Part shown: positions 1 to 12,176 of the stretch, in pieces
Numbering within the stretch: the first letter of the stretch is position 1
How the letters are laid out: each line of letters opens with the position of its first letter
From: Escherichia coli O127:H6 str. E2348/69
Lineage (GTDB): Bacteria; Pseudomonadota; Gammaproteobacteria; Enterobacterales; Enterobacteriaceae
DNA: 64,000 nucleotides
Assembly (NCBI RefSeq): GCF_000026545.1
Contig: NC_011601.1
Strand: one strand, 5' to 3'
Made by a program: the position numbers and the translations under genes
The notes under the pieces: model-generated
What the model saw: only the letters and a program-made list of their open reading frames with translations
Told to the model about the DNA's origin: nothing
Databases searched by the model: none

Positions 1-124
1 TATTGACGAGTTCCTGATAAATAATGTCCAGGCGGCTGACGGCCTCTTTTTGAACGTCGTCGGGTTGATGGCTGCCTTCATTGAGCGCCTTCAGGTATTG
101 CGATGTTGGGGTAACGCTTTGCAT
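1..124 (-). CDS. zapE: Cell-division ATPase ZapE (YhcM), N-terminal fragment; gene continues beyond the window start
   Basis: Reverse-strand translation from the ATG at complement 122-124 reads MQSVTPTSQYLKALNEGSHQPDDVQKEAVSRLDIIYQELVN, recognised as the ZapE N-terminus; divergent from yhcB as in E. coli. Confidence 0.8.
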   Translation of the reverse strand, partial: MQSVTPTSQYLKALNEGSHQPDDVQKEAVSRLDIIYQELVN

Positions 125-317
125 GATCTTATTGTTATTCCTTGAATAATCGGTGCGCCGTTGTTCACGGTTGACGAAAAAAAGGCCGTTCCACACTACG
201 CGATATGCTGTCGGGATTCCACTTCTGTGGAATTAACGGTTATAGTGGCATAATCAGCCGCAGGCATGGAGCCTGAAGCCAACACCCTACGGAAACAAAA
301 GACAACGGGAGATGTTC

Positions 318-716
318 ATGACCTGGGAATATGCGCTAATTGGGTTAGTCGTCGGCATCATTATTGGTGCTGTGGCCATGCGTTTTGGTAATCGTAAACT
401 ACGCCAGCAACAGGCGTTGCAGTACGAACTGGAAAAGAATAAAGCTGAACTGGACGAGTATCGCGAAGAGCTGGTTAGCCACTTTGCCCGCAGCGCGGAA
501 TTACTGGATACCATGGCGCACGACTATCGCCAGCTGTATCAGCACATGGCGAAAAGCTCCAGTAGCCTGCTGCCGGAACTGTCTGCGGAAGCAAACCCGT
601 TCCGTAATCGTCTGGCAGAGTCTGAAGCCAGCAACGATCAGGCACCGGTGCAGATGCCTCGCGACTATTCTGAAGGCGCATCCGGCCTGCTGCGTACTGG
701 CGCGAAGCGCGACTAA
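318..716 (+). CDS. yhcB: Inner-membrane protein YhcB (ZapG), 132 aa
   Basis: ORF track 312..716; product MTWEYALIGLVVGIIIGAVAMRFG... matches YhcB from the second in-frame ATG (318). Confidence 0.9.
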   Translation: MTWEYALIGLVVGIIIGAVAMRFGNRKLRQQQALQYELEKNKAELDEYREELVSHFARSAELLDTMAHDYRQLYQHMAKSSSSLLPELSAEANPFRNRLAESEASNDQAPVQMPRDYSEGASGLLRTGAKRD

Positions 717-869
717 TTTATTTTTCGGGCGCAGCCATTGCGCCCTCCTCTTCTCTCCCTCCCCGACTATCATTTAATCTGGTGTCTCATTGTTAGCCGT
801 CTGAAAATTCAATAACATCAAACTGTTTTGAATCTCTTTTCTTATCATTCAGGTACGAGAGCAGGAATA

Positions 870-2237
870 ATGAAAAAACAAACCCAGCTGTTGAGTGCAT
901 TAGCGTTAAGTGTCGGGTTAACTCTCTCGGCGTCATTTCAGGCCGTCGCGTCGATTCCAGGCCAGGTTGCCGCTCAGGCCCCCCTCCCCAGTCTGGCTCC
1001 AATGCTGGAAAAAGTGCTTCCGGCAGTGGTGAGCGTACGGGTGGAAGGAACGGCCAGTCAGGGACAGAAAATCCCGGAAGAATTCAAAAAGTTTTTTGGT
1101 GATGATTTACCGGATCAACCTGCACAACCCTTCGAAGGTTTAGGCTCCGGTGTCATCATCAACGCCAATAAAGGCTATGTGCTGACCAACAACCATGTGA
1201 TTAATCAGGCACAGAAAATCAGTATTCAGCTCAATGATGGGCGCGAGTTTGATGCAAAACTGATTGGTAGCGATGACCAGAGCGATATCGCCCTGTTGCA
1301 AATTCAAAACCCGAGCAAATTAACGCAAATCGCTATTGCCGACTCCGATAAATTGCGCGTCGGTGATTTTGCCGTGGCGGTCGGTAACCCATTTGGCCTT
1401 GGGCAAACCGCCACCTCTGGCATTATATCCGCATTAGGCCGCAGCGGGTTGAATCTTGAAGGTCTGGAAAACTTTATCCAGACAGATGCTTCCATTAACC
1501 GCGGTAACTCCGGCGGTGCACTGTTAAACCTTAACGGTGAGTTAATTGGCATCAACACTGCAATCCTTGCGCCTGGCGGCGGTAGCGTCGGGATTGGATT
1601 TGCCATTCCCAGTAATATGGCGCGAACACTGGCGCAGCAGCTTATCGACTTTGGAGAAATCAAACGCGGCCTGTTAGGCATCAAAGGCACCGAGATGAGT
1701 GCCGATATCGCCAAGGCCTTCAACCTTGACGTGCAGCGTGGCGCGTTTGTCAGCGAAGTGTTGCCAGGTTCTGGCTCGGCGAAAGCGGGCGTCAAAGCGG
1801 GCGATATTATTACCAGCCTCAACGGCAAACCGCTGAATAGCTTTGCTGAGTTGCGCTCTCGTATCGCGACCACCGAGCCGGGCACGAAAGTGAAGCTTGG
1901 CCTGCTGCGTAACGGCAAACCACTGGAAGTAGAAGTGACGCTCGATACCAGCACCTCTTCGTCGGCCAGCGCTGAAATGATCACGCCAGCGCTGGAAGGT
2001 GCAACGTTGAGCGATGGTCAGCTAAAAGATGGTGGCAAAGGTATTAAGATCGATGAGGTTGTCAAAGGAAGCCCAGCTGCTCAGGCTGGCTTGCAAAAAG
2101 ACGATGTGATCATTGGCGTCAACCGCGATCGGGTGAACTCGATTGCTGAAATGCGTAAAGTGCTGGCGGCAAAACCGGCCATAATCGCCTTGCAAATCAT
2201 ACGCGGCAATGAAAGCCTCTACCTACTAATGCGTTAA
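870..2237 (+). CDS. degQ: Periplasmic serine endoprotease DegQ (HtrA family, two PDZ domains), 455 aa
   Basis: ORF track 828..2237; recognised DegQ sequence starts MKKQTQLLSALALSVGL at ATG 870; trypsin-like GNSGGAL motif present. Confidence 0.93.
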   Translation: MKKQTQLLSALALSVGLTLSASFQAVASIPGQVAAQAPLPSLAPMLEKVLPAVVSVRVEGTASQGQKIPEEFKKFFGDDLPDQPAQPFEGLGSGVIINANKGYVLTNNHVINQAQKISIQLNDGREFDAKLIGSDDQSDIALLQIQNPSKLTQIAIADSDKLRVGDFAVAVGNPFGLGQTATSGIISALGRSGLNLEGLENFIQTDASINRGNSGGALLNLNGELIGINTAILAPGGGSVGIGFAIPSNMARTLAQQLIDFGEIKRGLLGIKGTEMSADIAKAFNLDVQRGAFVSEVLPGSGSAKAGVKAGDIITSLNGKPLNSFAELRSRIATTEPGTKVKLGLLRNGKPLEVEVTLDTSTSSSASAEMITPALEGATLSDGQLKDGGKGIKIDEVVKGSPAAQAGLQKDDVIIGVNRDRVNSIAEMRKVLAAKPAIIALQIIRGNESLYLLMR

Positions 2238-2326
2238 TGTCGTAAACCGGGCATCAGGCTGACGTGTGATGTCCGGTTAACTCGTGGTATGCTGCTGCCG
2301 TTCCCTTTTTTAACGATGCCTCCATC

Positions 2327-3394
2327 ATGTTTGTGAAGCTCTTACGTTCCGTTGCGATTGGATTAATTGTCGGCGCTATTCTGCTGGTTGCCATGCCTTC
2401 GCTGCGCAGCCTTAACCCGCTTTCCACTCCGCAATTTGACAGTACCGATGAGACGCCTGCCAGCTATAATCTGGCGGTTCGCCGCGCCGCGCCAGCGGTG
2501 GTTAACGTTTATAACCGCGGTTTGAACACCAACTCTCACAACCAGCTTGAGATCCGCACCCTGGGATCTGGTGTAATCATGGATCAACGCGGGTATATCA
2601 TCACCAATAAACACGTGATCAACGACGCCGATCAGATCATCGTCGCCTTACAGGATGGACGTGTTTTTGAAGCGTTACTGGTTGGCTCTGACTCTCTAAC
2701 CGATCTGGCGGTGCTGAAAATTAACGCCACAGGCGGTTTACCAACGATTCCGATCAATCCACGCCGCGTACCGCACATTGGCGATGTGGTTCTGGCGATC
2801 GGTAACCCGTACAACCTCGGGCAGACCATTACCCAGGGGATTATCAGTGCCACGGGTCGAATCGGTCTGAACCCGACCGGGCGGCAAAACTTCCTGCAAA
2901 CCGATGCTTCCATTAACCACGGTAACTCTGGCGGCGCGCTGGTGAACTCGCTGGGCGAACTGATGGGCATTAACACGCTGTCGTTTGATAAGAGTAACGA
3001 TGGCGAAACGCCGGAAGGTATCGGCTTTGCGATTCCTTTCCAGTTAGCGACCAAAATTATGGATAAACTGATCCGTGATGGCCGTGTGATCCGTGGCTAC
3101 ATTGGCATTGGTGGACGAGAGATCGCCCCATTACATGCGCAGAGTGGCGGCATGGATCAACTGCAAGGGATCGTGGTTAACGAAGTGTCGCCTGATGGCC
3201 CAGCGGCAAATGCAGGCATCCAGGTCAACGATCTGATTATCTCTGTGAATAACAAACCCGCTATTTCCGCCCTGGAGACAATGGATCAGGTCGCGGAAAT
3301 TCGCCCTGGTTCGGTGATCCCGGTTGTCGTGATGCGTGACGATAAACAGTTAACATTGCAGGTCACCATTCAGGAATATCCGGCGACCAACTAA
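2327..3394 (+). CDS. degS: Envelope-stress sensor serine protease DegS, 355 aa
   Basis: ORF track; MFVKLLRSVAIGLIVGAILLVAMPSLRS... with GNSGGAL catalytic motif; follows degQ as in E. coli. Confidence 0.95.
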   Translation: MFVKLLRSVAIGLIVGAILLVAMPSLRSLNPLSTPQFDSTDETPASYNLAVRRAAPAVVNVYNRGLNTNSHNQLEIRTLGSGVIMDQRGYIITNKHVINDADQIIVALQDGRVFEALLVGSDSLTDLAVLKINATGGLPTIPINPRRVPHIGDVVLAIGNPYNLGQTITQGIISATGRIGLNPTGRQNFLQTDASINHGNSGGALVNSLGELMGINTLSFDKSNDGETPEGIGFAIPFQLATKIMDKLIRDGRVIRGYIGIGGREIAPLHAQSGGMDQLQGIVVNEVSPDGPAANAGIQVNDLIISVNNKPAISALETMDQVAEIRPGSVIPVVVMRDDKQLTLQVTIQEYPATN

Positions 3395-3412
3395 GGTCAG
3401 CGTAAAAAAACA

Positions 3413-3441
3413 AAAACCGGAGTCTGTGCTCCGGTTTTTTA
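3413..3441. terminator. Bidirectional rho-independent terminator between convergent degS and mdh
   Basis: aaaaaccggag-tctgtg-ctccggttttttt: GC stem flanked by A-run and T-run. Confidence 0.7.
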
Positions 3442-3456
3442 TTATCCGCTAATCAA

Positions 3457-4470
<1,014 letters not shown>

Positions 4471-4767
4471 TTACAATGACCACATCTCAAGAATGTGTAG
4501 TCACGCAAGTTTAGCGTTTATGCATTTAATTGCCGTAATCAGGAACCTAACTTACGTAATTAACAGTCACTTATGCATTAGCGCAACATTCCAACAGGTG
4601 GTGACAATATACCCTACCGCTCAGCCAAAACAATATCAATTTGATAACAATTAATTTACTTTTAAGCAGAATTTGCAGGCCGTGACGCAGGCATGTTTCT
4701 CAATAACGAAATTTGATAAAATCCCGCTCTTTCATAACATTATTTCAGCCTTCTTCAGGGCTGACTG

Positions 4768-4806
4768 TTTGCATAAAAATTCATCTGTATGCACAATAAT
4801 GTTGTA
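4768..4806 (+). promoter_or_regulatory. argR promoter region with tandem ARG-box-like operators (autoregulation)
   Basis: tttgcataaaaattcatc and the adjacent tgtatgcacaataatgttgt resemble the ARG box consensus TNTGAATWWWWATTCANW, about 25-60 bp upstream of the argR ATG. Confidence 0.5.
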
Positions 4807-4826
4807 TCAACCACCATATCGGGTGA

Positions 4827-5300
<474 letters not shown>

Positions 5301-5663
5301 TCTCTGCCCCGTCGCTTCTGGCGGCGGGGAAAATGTTGCTTTTGCCTATCAACCCCCTGCTTTCCCCTGCGATTCATTTAACGAATAGTGCGTTTTACTG
5401 CGACATATCATTCACACAATGAATACATATAGTAAAAAAGCACATTATGCAAAATTCATTATCTAATTGAAAATACTATAATTAACAATAAATGATCGTG
5501 TTTTTAATTCTTTTTTGTTATTAAAATTCACATTTTTAACACTTGGTATCAACTGAAACAGTTAGCGTGGTATTAATTAGTTCAATAATTAGTGTATACT
5601 TGATTTTGTGATATGGGTCACGAAACAAAGGCCCAGCTAAAAGATTATGTCGAGGTAAAAATC

Positions 5664-5927
5664 ATGAAAATCAAAACCACTGTTGCTGCATTAAGTGTGC
5701 TTTCTGTTCTCTCTTTCGGTGCATTCGCTGCCGACTCCATTGATGCTGCACAAGCACAAAATCGTGAAGCAATCGGGACCGTATCCGTAAGTGGTGTGGC
5801 GTCTTCGCCAATGGATATGCGTGAAATGCTGAACAAAAAAGCGGAAGAGAAAGGCGCAACGGCCTACCAGATTACTGAAGCTCGTAGTGGTGACACCTGG
5901 CACGCTACGGCTGAACTGTACAAATAA
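5664..5927 (+). CDS. yhcN: Periplasmic stress-induced protein YhcN (YdgH/BhsA/McbA-like), 87 aa
   Basis: ORF track 5613..5927; MKIKTTVAALSVLSVLSFGAFA signal peptide from ATG 5664, preceded by GAGGT ribosome-binding site. Confidence 0.9.
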   Translation: MKIKTTVAALSVLSVLSFGAFAADSIDAAQAQNREAIGTVSVSGVASSPMDMREMLNKKAEEKGATAYQITEARSGDTWHATAELYK

Positions 5928-5954
5928 ACCCTCATCGTCTTGTCCGACGATATT

Positions 5955-5978
5955 GCCCCCGGTTCGGGGGCTTTTTTT
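5955..5978. terminator. Rho-independent terminator between yhcN and yhcO
   Basis: gccccc-ggttc-gggggc followed by ttttttt. Confidence 0.7.
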
Positions 5979-5981
5979 GCG

Positions 5982-6254
5982 CTAATGACGAACATTAAAA
6001 CGCAAATGCCCTTCCAGCTCTTCCTCTGCCTCATCAAACAGCAATATTAACGCGCCAAAACGGCGACGCGTTTTCTCTCCCAGATGAACAAATTCAATCT
6101 CAAGTGGTAGCGGCAGGACATCGTTCATTAACACATCCCATAGTGAGTCGAGATCGCGTACCTTATCTTTCGCCAGACCAAAGGTTTGGCTAAAGTCACG
6201 ATAAAAATCCTCCTGACTCTCAATCTCATCAAAATCAAAGGTATAAATATTCAT
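5982..6254 (-). CDS. yhcO: Barstar-like protein YhcO, 90 aa
   Basis: ORF track; [44 protein letters not shown]... recognised. Confidence 0.9.
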   Translation of the reverse strand: MNIYTFDFDEIESQEDFYRDFSQTFGLAKDKVRDLDSLWDVLMNDVLPLPLEIEFVHLGEKTRRRFGALILLFDEAEEELEGHLRFNVRH

Positions 6255-6313
6255 CTGTTGCCACCGTCACGTTTCGCGGCGAGTTCTGCCGTTCATCGCT
6301 AAGTATAGCCATG

Positions 6314-6342
6314 AAAAAACCGACGCTTCGGGCGTCGGTTTT
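6314..6342 (-). terminator. Rho-independent terminator downstream of aaeXAB
   Basis: aaaaaaccgacgc-ttcg-ggcgtcggtttt hairpin immediately 3' of aaeB on the minus strand. Confidence 0.65.
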
Positions 6343-6345
6343 GAC

Positions 6346-8313
6346 TTAACTATCGGTCAACGCATGTTGATACTTATGGAGCATACCCGTAAGCCGATGT
6401 ACTGGTTCCGTCACCTGCGGTGGCGCTTGCCAGATGCGTAGCTTTTCCTGGTAGATTTCCAGTTCTTCCAGCAACTGGCCAAAGTACCGACGACGTTTAT
6501 CATCGCTACGGGCAGATATCACATGGTCTGCTGTGCGGCGCATTTGTCGGTGAAACGCCGATAAATCCTCGTTAACCGGGATCGGCGCATCACGCAGGCG
6601 CTGGTGCGCGATAATCATCGTCAGCGCCAGGCGAAATTTCGGCAAATCCCCTGGGAACTTATTCATCAGCAAAAACAGCTGCTGATAAAGTGCCGGGAGG
6701 TGGTTCTCTTTACGACGTGCCACATTGGTAGTCATCGCGGAAACAGCAGCAGAAACAAACTGATTAAGCAGTACACGTCCAGTCCTGTCGCGCGATTTAT
6801 CCCGCACCAGCAAAATAACGGTGAACGCGAGCACACAGCCGACGATTTGCCCTAATGCGCTGTCGAGAAACTGACTGAAATGGAAAGTCATCGGATTATC
6901 CAGCACGATAATGTTTATGGTGCTGGCCAACGCCCCCATCGAGCCCAATCTCCGTTTCTGTACTTCTATACCGAGGAAGAATCCCAGCACTGCCAGGCTA
7001 ATACACAGCAGCAACATGCTCTGTTGGGTATTAGGGATAATCACCAAAAAGTAGAGCAGCCCTAACGGTAGCGCTGCCAGCGTCCCGTAGATAAAGTCGA
7101 TCGCCACCATGCGTGGATTCGGCAAACGCATTGCCAGTGACGTCACGACCGCAATCATCACCATTGCACCACTGCCGGAAGTCCAGCCCGTCCACAGCCA
7201 AAAAAGCGTGCCCAGAATGCAAGAAAGTGTGGTTCGCCAGAAGTTAACCATTGCATGATGACGTTCGGCTGACTCTACTTTTACTTCCGGTTCGCCTTGC
7301 AGGATCTCTTCTTCAGTGGCGTTGATTTTTGTGTTACTGATAACGCCGCGCTTGAGAAGCTGATAACGCGTTGCCGCCGCGACCCAGCTATAAATGGTGA
7401 CAGGCGTTTCCCGTTCCCCGGTCCAGGCGATCACTCTCCGCAGGCGTTTGAGCTGCTTGTGGACGTCCTGCGCAGTTTCTACCGGCGTGTCAAAAAATTC
7501 GCGGAAAGTATCAGTGATCAATTCCGGGCGCGTATTCTGAATAAGATAAGTTTCGCAGGATTGGGTAATCAGCGTCAGCGATAGCGTATTGATCGCTTTT
7601 AAACGTCGATTGGCCCGCGCCCAGCGGGAAGATTCCATATTCAGGTTGCTGCGCATACCTTGTAACGCCGTAGTACGTCGCACCAGATCGCCCCAGGCTT
7701 TATCGACAACTTCACCATCGCCATGCTTGATACAGAGTTGCATTAATTGATATTGCGCGACCAGCAAACTTTCCAGCTCTCGATCCACTTCTTGTTTGAT
7801 CGATCGCGGAGAAAAGAGCAAATCCGCCATAATTGCACACACAATACCGATAACGATCTCGCTACAACGTTCGACGGCAAACTGCGGCGTAAGCAATGGT
7901 TCCGGCTGAATGGTGATCACAATGATCAGCGCGGTATAACCGGCCAGCCCCCACGCATACGAGTTTTCTATTCGTACCAGCGAGGATATCCAGGTACAAA
8001 AACCGGCCCAGATACAGCACACCAGAATCATCAATAATGGTGCTCGGATCATCGCAATGATGATTACCAGTCCGGCAATACAGCCAATAAATGTGCCGAT
8101 GATGCGCAAAAAGCCACGATAGCGAATAGCGCCAGAATACGGTTCACCTCCCGCAGCAAAGGCCGGACCGGCGGCAACAATCGCCGCTGTCAGTACCGCC
8201 CAGCGTGGCGTTTCCAGCTGGAAGTGAAAGCCAACAAACAGCGCCAGTACAATGGCGGTCGCCAGTTTTACCGCAAAGCGAATATGTTGATTAGCAATGG
8301 AGAAAATACCCAT
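6346..8313 (-). CDS. aaeB: p-Hydroxybenzoic acid efflux pump subunit AaeB, 655 aa
   Basis: ORF track; length and sequence [32 protein letters not shown]... match AaeB. Confidence 0.95.
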   Translation of the reverse strand: MGIFSIANQHIRFAVKLATAIVLALFVGFHFQLETPRWAVLTAAIVAAGPAFAAGGEPYSGAIRYRGFLRIIGTFIGCIAGLVIIIAMIRAPLLMILVCCIWAGFCTWISSLVRIENSYAWGLAGYTALIIVITIQPEPLLTPQFAVERCSEIVIGIVCAIMADLLFSPRSIKQEVDRELESLLVAQYQLMQLCIKHGDGEVVDKAWGDLVRRTTALQGMRSNLNMESSRWARANRRLKAINTLSLTLITQSCETYLIQNTRPELITDTFREFFDTPVETAQDVHKQLKRLRRVIAWTGERETPVTIYSWVAAATRYQLLKRGVISNTKINATEEEILQGEPEVKVESAERHHAMVNFWRTTLSCILGTLFWLWTGWTSGSGAMVMIAVVTSLAMRLPNPRMVAIDFIYGTLAALPLGLLYFLVIIPNTQQSMLLLCISLAVLGFFLGIEVQKRRLGSMGALASTINIIVLDNPMTFHFSQFLDSALGQIVGCVLAFTVILLVRDKSRDRTGRVLLNQFVSAAVSAMTTNVARRKENHLPALYQQLFLLMNKFPGDLPKFRLALTMIIAHQRLRDAPIPVNEDLSAFHRQMRRTADHVISARSDDKRRRYFGQLLEELEIYQEKLRIWQAPPQVTEPVHRLTGMLHKYQHALTDS

Positions 8314-8318
8314 CGTGA

Positions 8319-9251
8319 TTAACCAAACTCACGCAGGCGATGAGCCATTTTACGGAAGAACGAATCCTGACTTTCGTCGCGATCTTGTTTGCCAGTGACT
8401 ACCACCGTAGCAGTGGTGCCCGCAGGCCAGATGTTCTCTTGCTGGTTGTCGAGACGAATACGTACCGGAACACGTTGCGCCAAACGTACCCATTCAAGGT
8501 TAGAGTCGATGGTCGCCATCCCTTTGTCGTCACGCGTGCTGCTGGCATTGGTGACCCCTGCGGCAACACTATCAACAGTCCCTTTCAGCACTTTGTTACT
8601 GCCAAGCGGCGTGATCTCCGCACGATACCCAGGGCGCACCCCTTCCAGCTTAGTTTCTTCCATATAGGCCAGTACATAGAAGGAGTTCTGTTTCACCAGC
8701 GCAACCGCCGTTGATCCTCGAGTAATAAACTCACCGGTATAGACGTTGAGGTTGGTCACCCAGCCATCTGCTGGCGCGCGGATGACTGTACGTTCAAGAT
8801 CCAGTTTTGCCAGATCGCGGGTCGCCTGCGCTTTCGCTAACTGATGCAGAACTGTTTGTAGTACGTTGTTGGCCTGGTCGATCTCTTCGCGAGACATCGC
8901 CTGCACACCGAGACGGTTACGACGTCCGGCCTCCTGGCGTTTCTCCTGTGCCAGTACCTGATAATAAGCAACATCGGCTTGCGCTTCCTCAAGCGCCTTT
9001 TGATAACGCGGCTGGTCGATGGTGAACAGTACCTGTCCTTTTTTCACCAGCTGGTTATCATGAACATTCACCTGGGTAATGAGTCCAGAAACGTCCGGCG
9101 CGATCGCAACGACGTCAGCGCTAAAGCGCGCGTCACGCGTCCACGGGGATTCGGTGTAATAGACCCAGGCATTAAAAATTGCGATGAAGGCCAGAATGAC
9201 TAATACGACCGTGATGGCCGTACGGGAGAATTTTCTTATTAGTGTTTTCAC
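8319..9251 (-). CDS. aaeA: Efflux pump membrane-fusion subunit AaeA, 310 aa (GTG start)
   Basis: ORF track; [37 protein letters not shown]...; start codon is GTG (complement of cac 9249-9251). Confidence 0.95.
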
Positions 9252-9258
9252 TTCAACC

Positions 9259-9462
9259 TCAAACGAACAGTCGCGATATCAAATAAAACAAGCAGCAATA
9301 GAGCGCGGTGTTGAACAACGCCGGATGCCAGACAAAGTCGTAGATACCTGTTGGCACAAGTACCCGGCGCACCAGCCAGAAAATCGCCAGTGATAAAAGC
9401 AATTCGAAAAATATCGGTGGGAAGGACAGCCCAAACACCACGATAACGGGAAACAGACTCAT
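9259..9462 (-). CDS. aaeX: Small membrane protein AaeX, 67 aa
   Basis: ORF track 9259..9531; recognised AaeX starts [31 protein letters not shown] at the internal ATG (complement 9460-9462). Confidence 0.9.
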
Positions 9463-9644
9463 GTTGACCTTGGTTGTATAGAGAGAGCAGGCGTTATTAT
9501 TTTCAGCATCTGTCGCCGCAGAGAAGGGCATGGAAAGCCGGGCGAGAGCAACATTGCTGTAGATTGATATTTAATATATTAACGTAACTGTTATGCTGTT
9601 ATCTATATTATGTGATCTAAATCACTTTTAAGTCAGAGTGAATA

Positions 9645-10574
9645 ATGGAACGACTAAAACGCATGTCGGTGTTTGCCAAAGTAGTTGAATTTGGCTCTTT
9701 TACCGCCGCCGCCAGACAGCTACAGATGAGCGTTTCGTCCATCAGTCAGACGGTGTCAAAACTGGAAGATGAGTTACAGGTAAAGCTGTTAAACCGTAGT
9801 ACACGCAGCATTGGCCTGACTGAAGCCGGCAGAATTTACTACCAGGGCTGCCGTCGGATGCTCCATGAAGTGCAGGATGTTCATGAGCAACTGTATGCCT
9901 TCAATAACACCCCCATCGGGACGCTGCGCATTGGCTGTTCTTCAACTATGGCACAAAATGTTCTCGCCGGGCTGACGGCAAAAATGCTGAAAGAATACCC
10001 AGGTTTGAGCGTCAATCTGGTTACCGGAATTCCTGCCCCCGACCTGATTGCCGACGGTCTGGATGTGGTGATCCGCGTCGGCGCGTTGCAAGATTCCAGC
10101 CTGTTTTCCCGCCGTCTGGGCGCGATGCCAATGGTGGTGTGCGCCGCAAAAAGCTATCTCACACAATACGGCATACCAGAAAAACCCGCCGATTTAAGTA
10201 GTCATTCATGGCTTGAATACAGCGTGCGACCCGACAATGAATTTGAACTGATCGCACCGGAAGGGATCTCGACTCGCCTGATCCCGCAAGGGAGATTTGT
10301 GACTAATGATCCGATGACGCTGGTGCGCTGGCTGACGGCGGGTGCCGGGATCGCCTACGTGCCGCTGATGTGGGTGATCAACGAGATCAATCGCGGGGAA
10401 CTGGAGATCCTGCTGCCACGTTACCAGTCAGACCCACGCCCGGTTTATGCGTTATATACCGAAAAAGATAAGCTGCCGCTGAAGGTACAAGTCGTGATCA
10501 ACTCGCTAACGGATTATTTTGTTGAGGTCGGTAAATTGTTTCAGGAGATGCACGGGCGCGGGAAAGAGAAGTAA
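9645..10574 (+). CDS. aaeR: LysR-family transcriptional activator AaeR, 309 aa
   Basis: ORF track; MERLKRMSVFAKVVEFGSFTAAARQLQMSVSSISQTVSKLE... helix-turn-helix N-terminus; divergent from aaeXAB. Confidence 0.95.
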   Translation: MERLKRMSVFAKVVEFGSFTAAARQLQMSVSSISQTVSKLEDELQVKLLNRSTRSIGLTEAGRIYYQGCRRMLHEVQDVHEQLYAFNNTPIGTLRIGCSSTMAQNVLAGLTAKMLKEYPGLSVNLVTGIPAPDLIADGLDVVIRVGALQDSSLFSRRLGAMPMVVCAAKSYLTQYGIPEKPADLSSHSWLEYSVRPDNEFELIAPEGISTRLIPQGRFVTNDPMTLVRWLTAGAGIAYVPLMWVINEINRGELEILLPRYQSDPRPVYALYTEKDKLPLKVQVVINSLTDYFVEVGKLFQEMHGRGKEK

Positions 10575-10637
10575 TTAATATTGTACTGTTACGTTGTACA
10601 AACCTGTGCCAACGGGTTTCCCTCACCCTAACCCCAG

Positions 10638-10656
10638 CTGTCTCTTATACACAAAT
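10638..10656 (+). repeat. Left terminal inverted repeat of the IS (outside-end-like)
   Basis: CTGTCTCTTATACACAAAT; first 9 bp identical to the inverted right end. Confidence 0.8.
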
Positions 10657-10802
10657 CCCCACCCGGGGATTTGTGATGTCTGTCAGTCTGCTTTAGGGGG
10701 ACTCTTTCCATCCGGTAGTTTCCTTCCTCCCCGGCAGCGATTTTTTGAACTTTTTCCTCACCCGTTGATCTTCTCTTATATTTCATTTTCTTCGGGTCTG
10801 TT

Positions 10803-12176
10803 ATGGTACTTTCTGATTGTTATTCATGGGCTAACGAGCAGTTTGGACATGCCCGTCTCGGTGATCCGCGTCGTACACGACGCCTTGTGTCACTGGCCTC
10901 TTCTCTCGCTCAGCATGCAGGTCTTTCTATTGTGAAATCATCCCAGTCCACTGCTCAGGTTGAAGGTGCGTACCGCCTGATACGTAACCCGTCTGTGTCC
11001 CCGCAAGCCATTGCCGAAGCCGGATTTACCGCCACTGTAAGGGCATGTGAGGCTCATCCGCTGCTCCTCGCGCTGGAAGACACCACCACCATTAACTTCA
11101 GTCACAGTACGGCATCTGATGACCTGGGGAATACCACCACTAACCCGAAGACGCGCGGGCTGCTGGCTCACTCTGTCCTGATGTACGCCCCCGACAGCGC
11201 CCTGCCAGTCGGTCTTATCGAACAGCAGCGCTGGAGTCGTGCCACGGACACCTACGGTGTTAAGCACCAGCGAAAAGAACGTCCCTATGAAGAAAAAGAA
11301 AGTTACCGCTGGCAGCAGGCTTCGGAGCGCATGGCCGAACGGCTGGGGGAGATACAGAAACGGGTAATCACTGTCTGTGACCGGGAAGCGGATATCTGGC
11401 ATTACCTGCATTATAAAGTCAGCCACGGGCAGCGCTTCGTGGTGCGTGCAGCACAGAATCGCCGGCTGGAAGAAGCACCCGGCAAGCTCTTCGAACTGCC
11501 GGAAGTCCTGGCAACCGCGGGAAGCCACACGCTGAATGTGATGCAAAAAGGCGGGCGGGCAGCCCGCCAGGCCCGGATGTTCATCAGTTACAGCGAAGTC
11601 AGCATAAAAAATCCCGACAACAGCGGCCAGGCGCTCCCGCTCACGTATGTCTGTTGCCGGGAGCAGGCAGAGGACGGCGCCTGCTGGCATCTGCTGACGT
11701 CAGAAAAAGTGGCGAGTGCCGCCGATGCGCGACGTATCGTCAGCCATTACGAGCGACGCTGGCTGATAGAGGAATACCACAAGGCGTGGAAAAGTGGTGG
11801 TACATGTGTGGAATCGCTGCGAATGCAGACCCGGGATAACCTCGAGCGCATGGTGGTTATCAAGGCGTTTATCGCGGTGCGGGTGCTGGGCCTGCGGCAG
11901 GGCGGTATCAGTGAAGAAACACAAAATGACAGCTGTGAGAAAATACTGACGCCGACAGAGTGGAAACTGCTGTGGGTTAAGCTGGAAGGAAAACCGCTTC
12001 CGTCACAGATGCCGACACTGAAATGGGCCTGTCTGAAACTGGCGAAACTGGGGCGATGGCATGACAGCAAACGCACCGGTCGCCCCGGTTGGGTAGTCAT
12101 GTGGGATGGCTGGTTCAGACTTCAGGATATGGTTGAGGGTTACCTGGTGATGAAGTCTCTTGATCAGGAGATCTGA
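10803..12176 (+). CDS. IS4-family (Tn5/IS50-type) DDE transposase, 457 aa
   Basis: ORF track; conserved Tn5 Tnp blocks GDPRRTRRLV, EGAYRLIRNP, ALEDTTT, VCDREADI, RFVVR, HYERRWLIEEYHKAWK (YREK), DNLERMV, KWACLKLAKLGRWHDSKRTG; stop codon TGA (12174-12176) lies inside the right inverted repeat as in IS50. Confidence 0.9.
   Translation: MVLSDCYSWANEQFGHARLGDPRRTRRLVSLASSLAQHAGLSIVKSSQSTAQVEGAYRLIRNPSVSPQAIAEAGFTATVRACEAHPLLLALEDTTTINFSHSTASDDLGNTTTNPKTRGLLAHSVLMYAPDSALPVGLIEQQRWSRATDTYGVKHQRKERPYEEKESYRWQQASERMAERLGEIQKRVITVCDREADIWHYLHYKVSHGQRFVVRAAQNRRLEEAPGKLFELPEVLATAGSHTLNVMQKGGRAARQARMFISYSEVSIKNPDNSGQALPLTYVCCREQAEDGACWHLLTSEKVASAADARRIVSHYERRWLIEEYHKAWKSGGTCVESLRMQTRDNLERMVVIKAFIAVRVLGLRQGGISEETQNDSCEKILTPTEWKLLWVKLEGKPLPSQMPTLKWACLKLAKLGRWHDSKRTGRPGWVVMWDGWFRLQDMVEGYLVMKSLDQEI

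Noticed and set aside
2238-2326. Imperfect inverted repeat between degQ and degS (accgggcatc ... gatgtccggt)
   Set aside because: One mismatch in the stem and no T-run; most likely a weak attenuator or a coincidence rather than a defined element. degS has its own promoter in E. coli.
5307-5331. Possible terminator hairpin after argR
   Set aside because: The stem needs a G-U pair and the downstream T-run is interrupted; plausible but too weak to list as a feature.
10594-10935. 113-aa ORF spanning the left junction of the IS
   Set aside because: It starts in host DNA, crosses the terminal inverted repeat and overlaps the transposase start in another frame; low-complexity Pro/Ser/Leu-rich translation with no recognisable domain. 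Judged a chance frame.
10938-11690. 250-aa antisense ORF inside the transposase gene
   Set aside because: Fully embedded antisense to a well-supported DDE transposase; Arg/Gly/Ala-rich translation typical of the reverse frame of GC-rich coding DNA.
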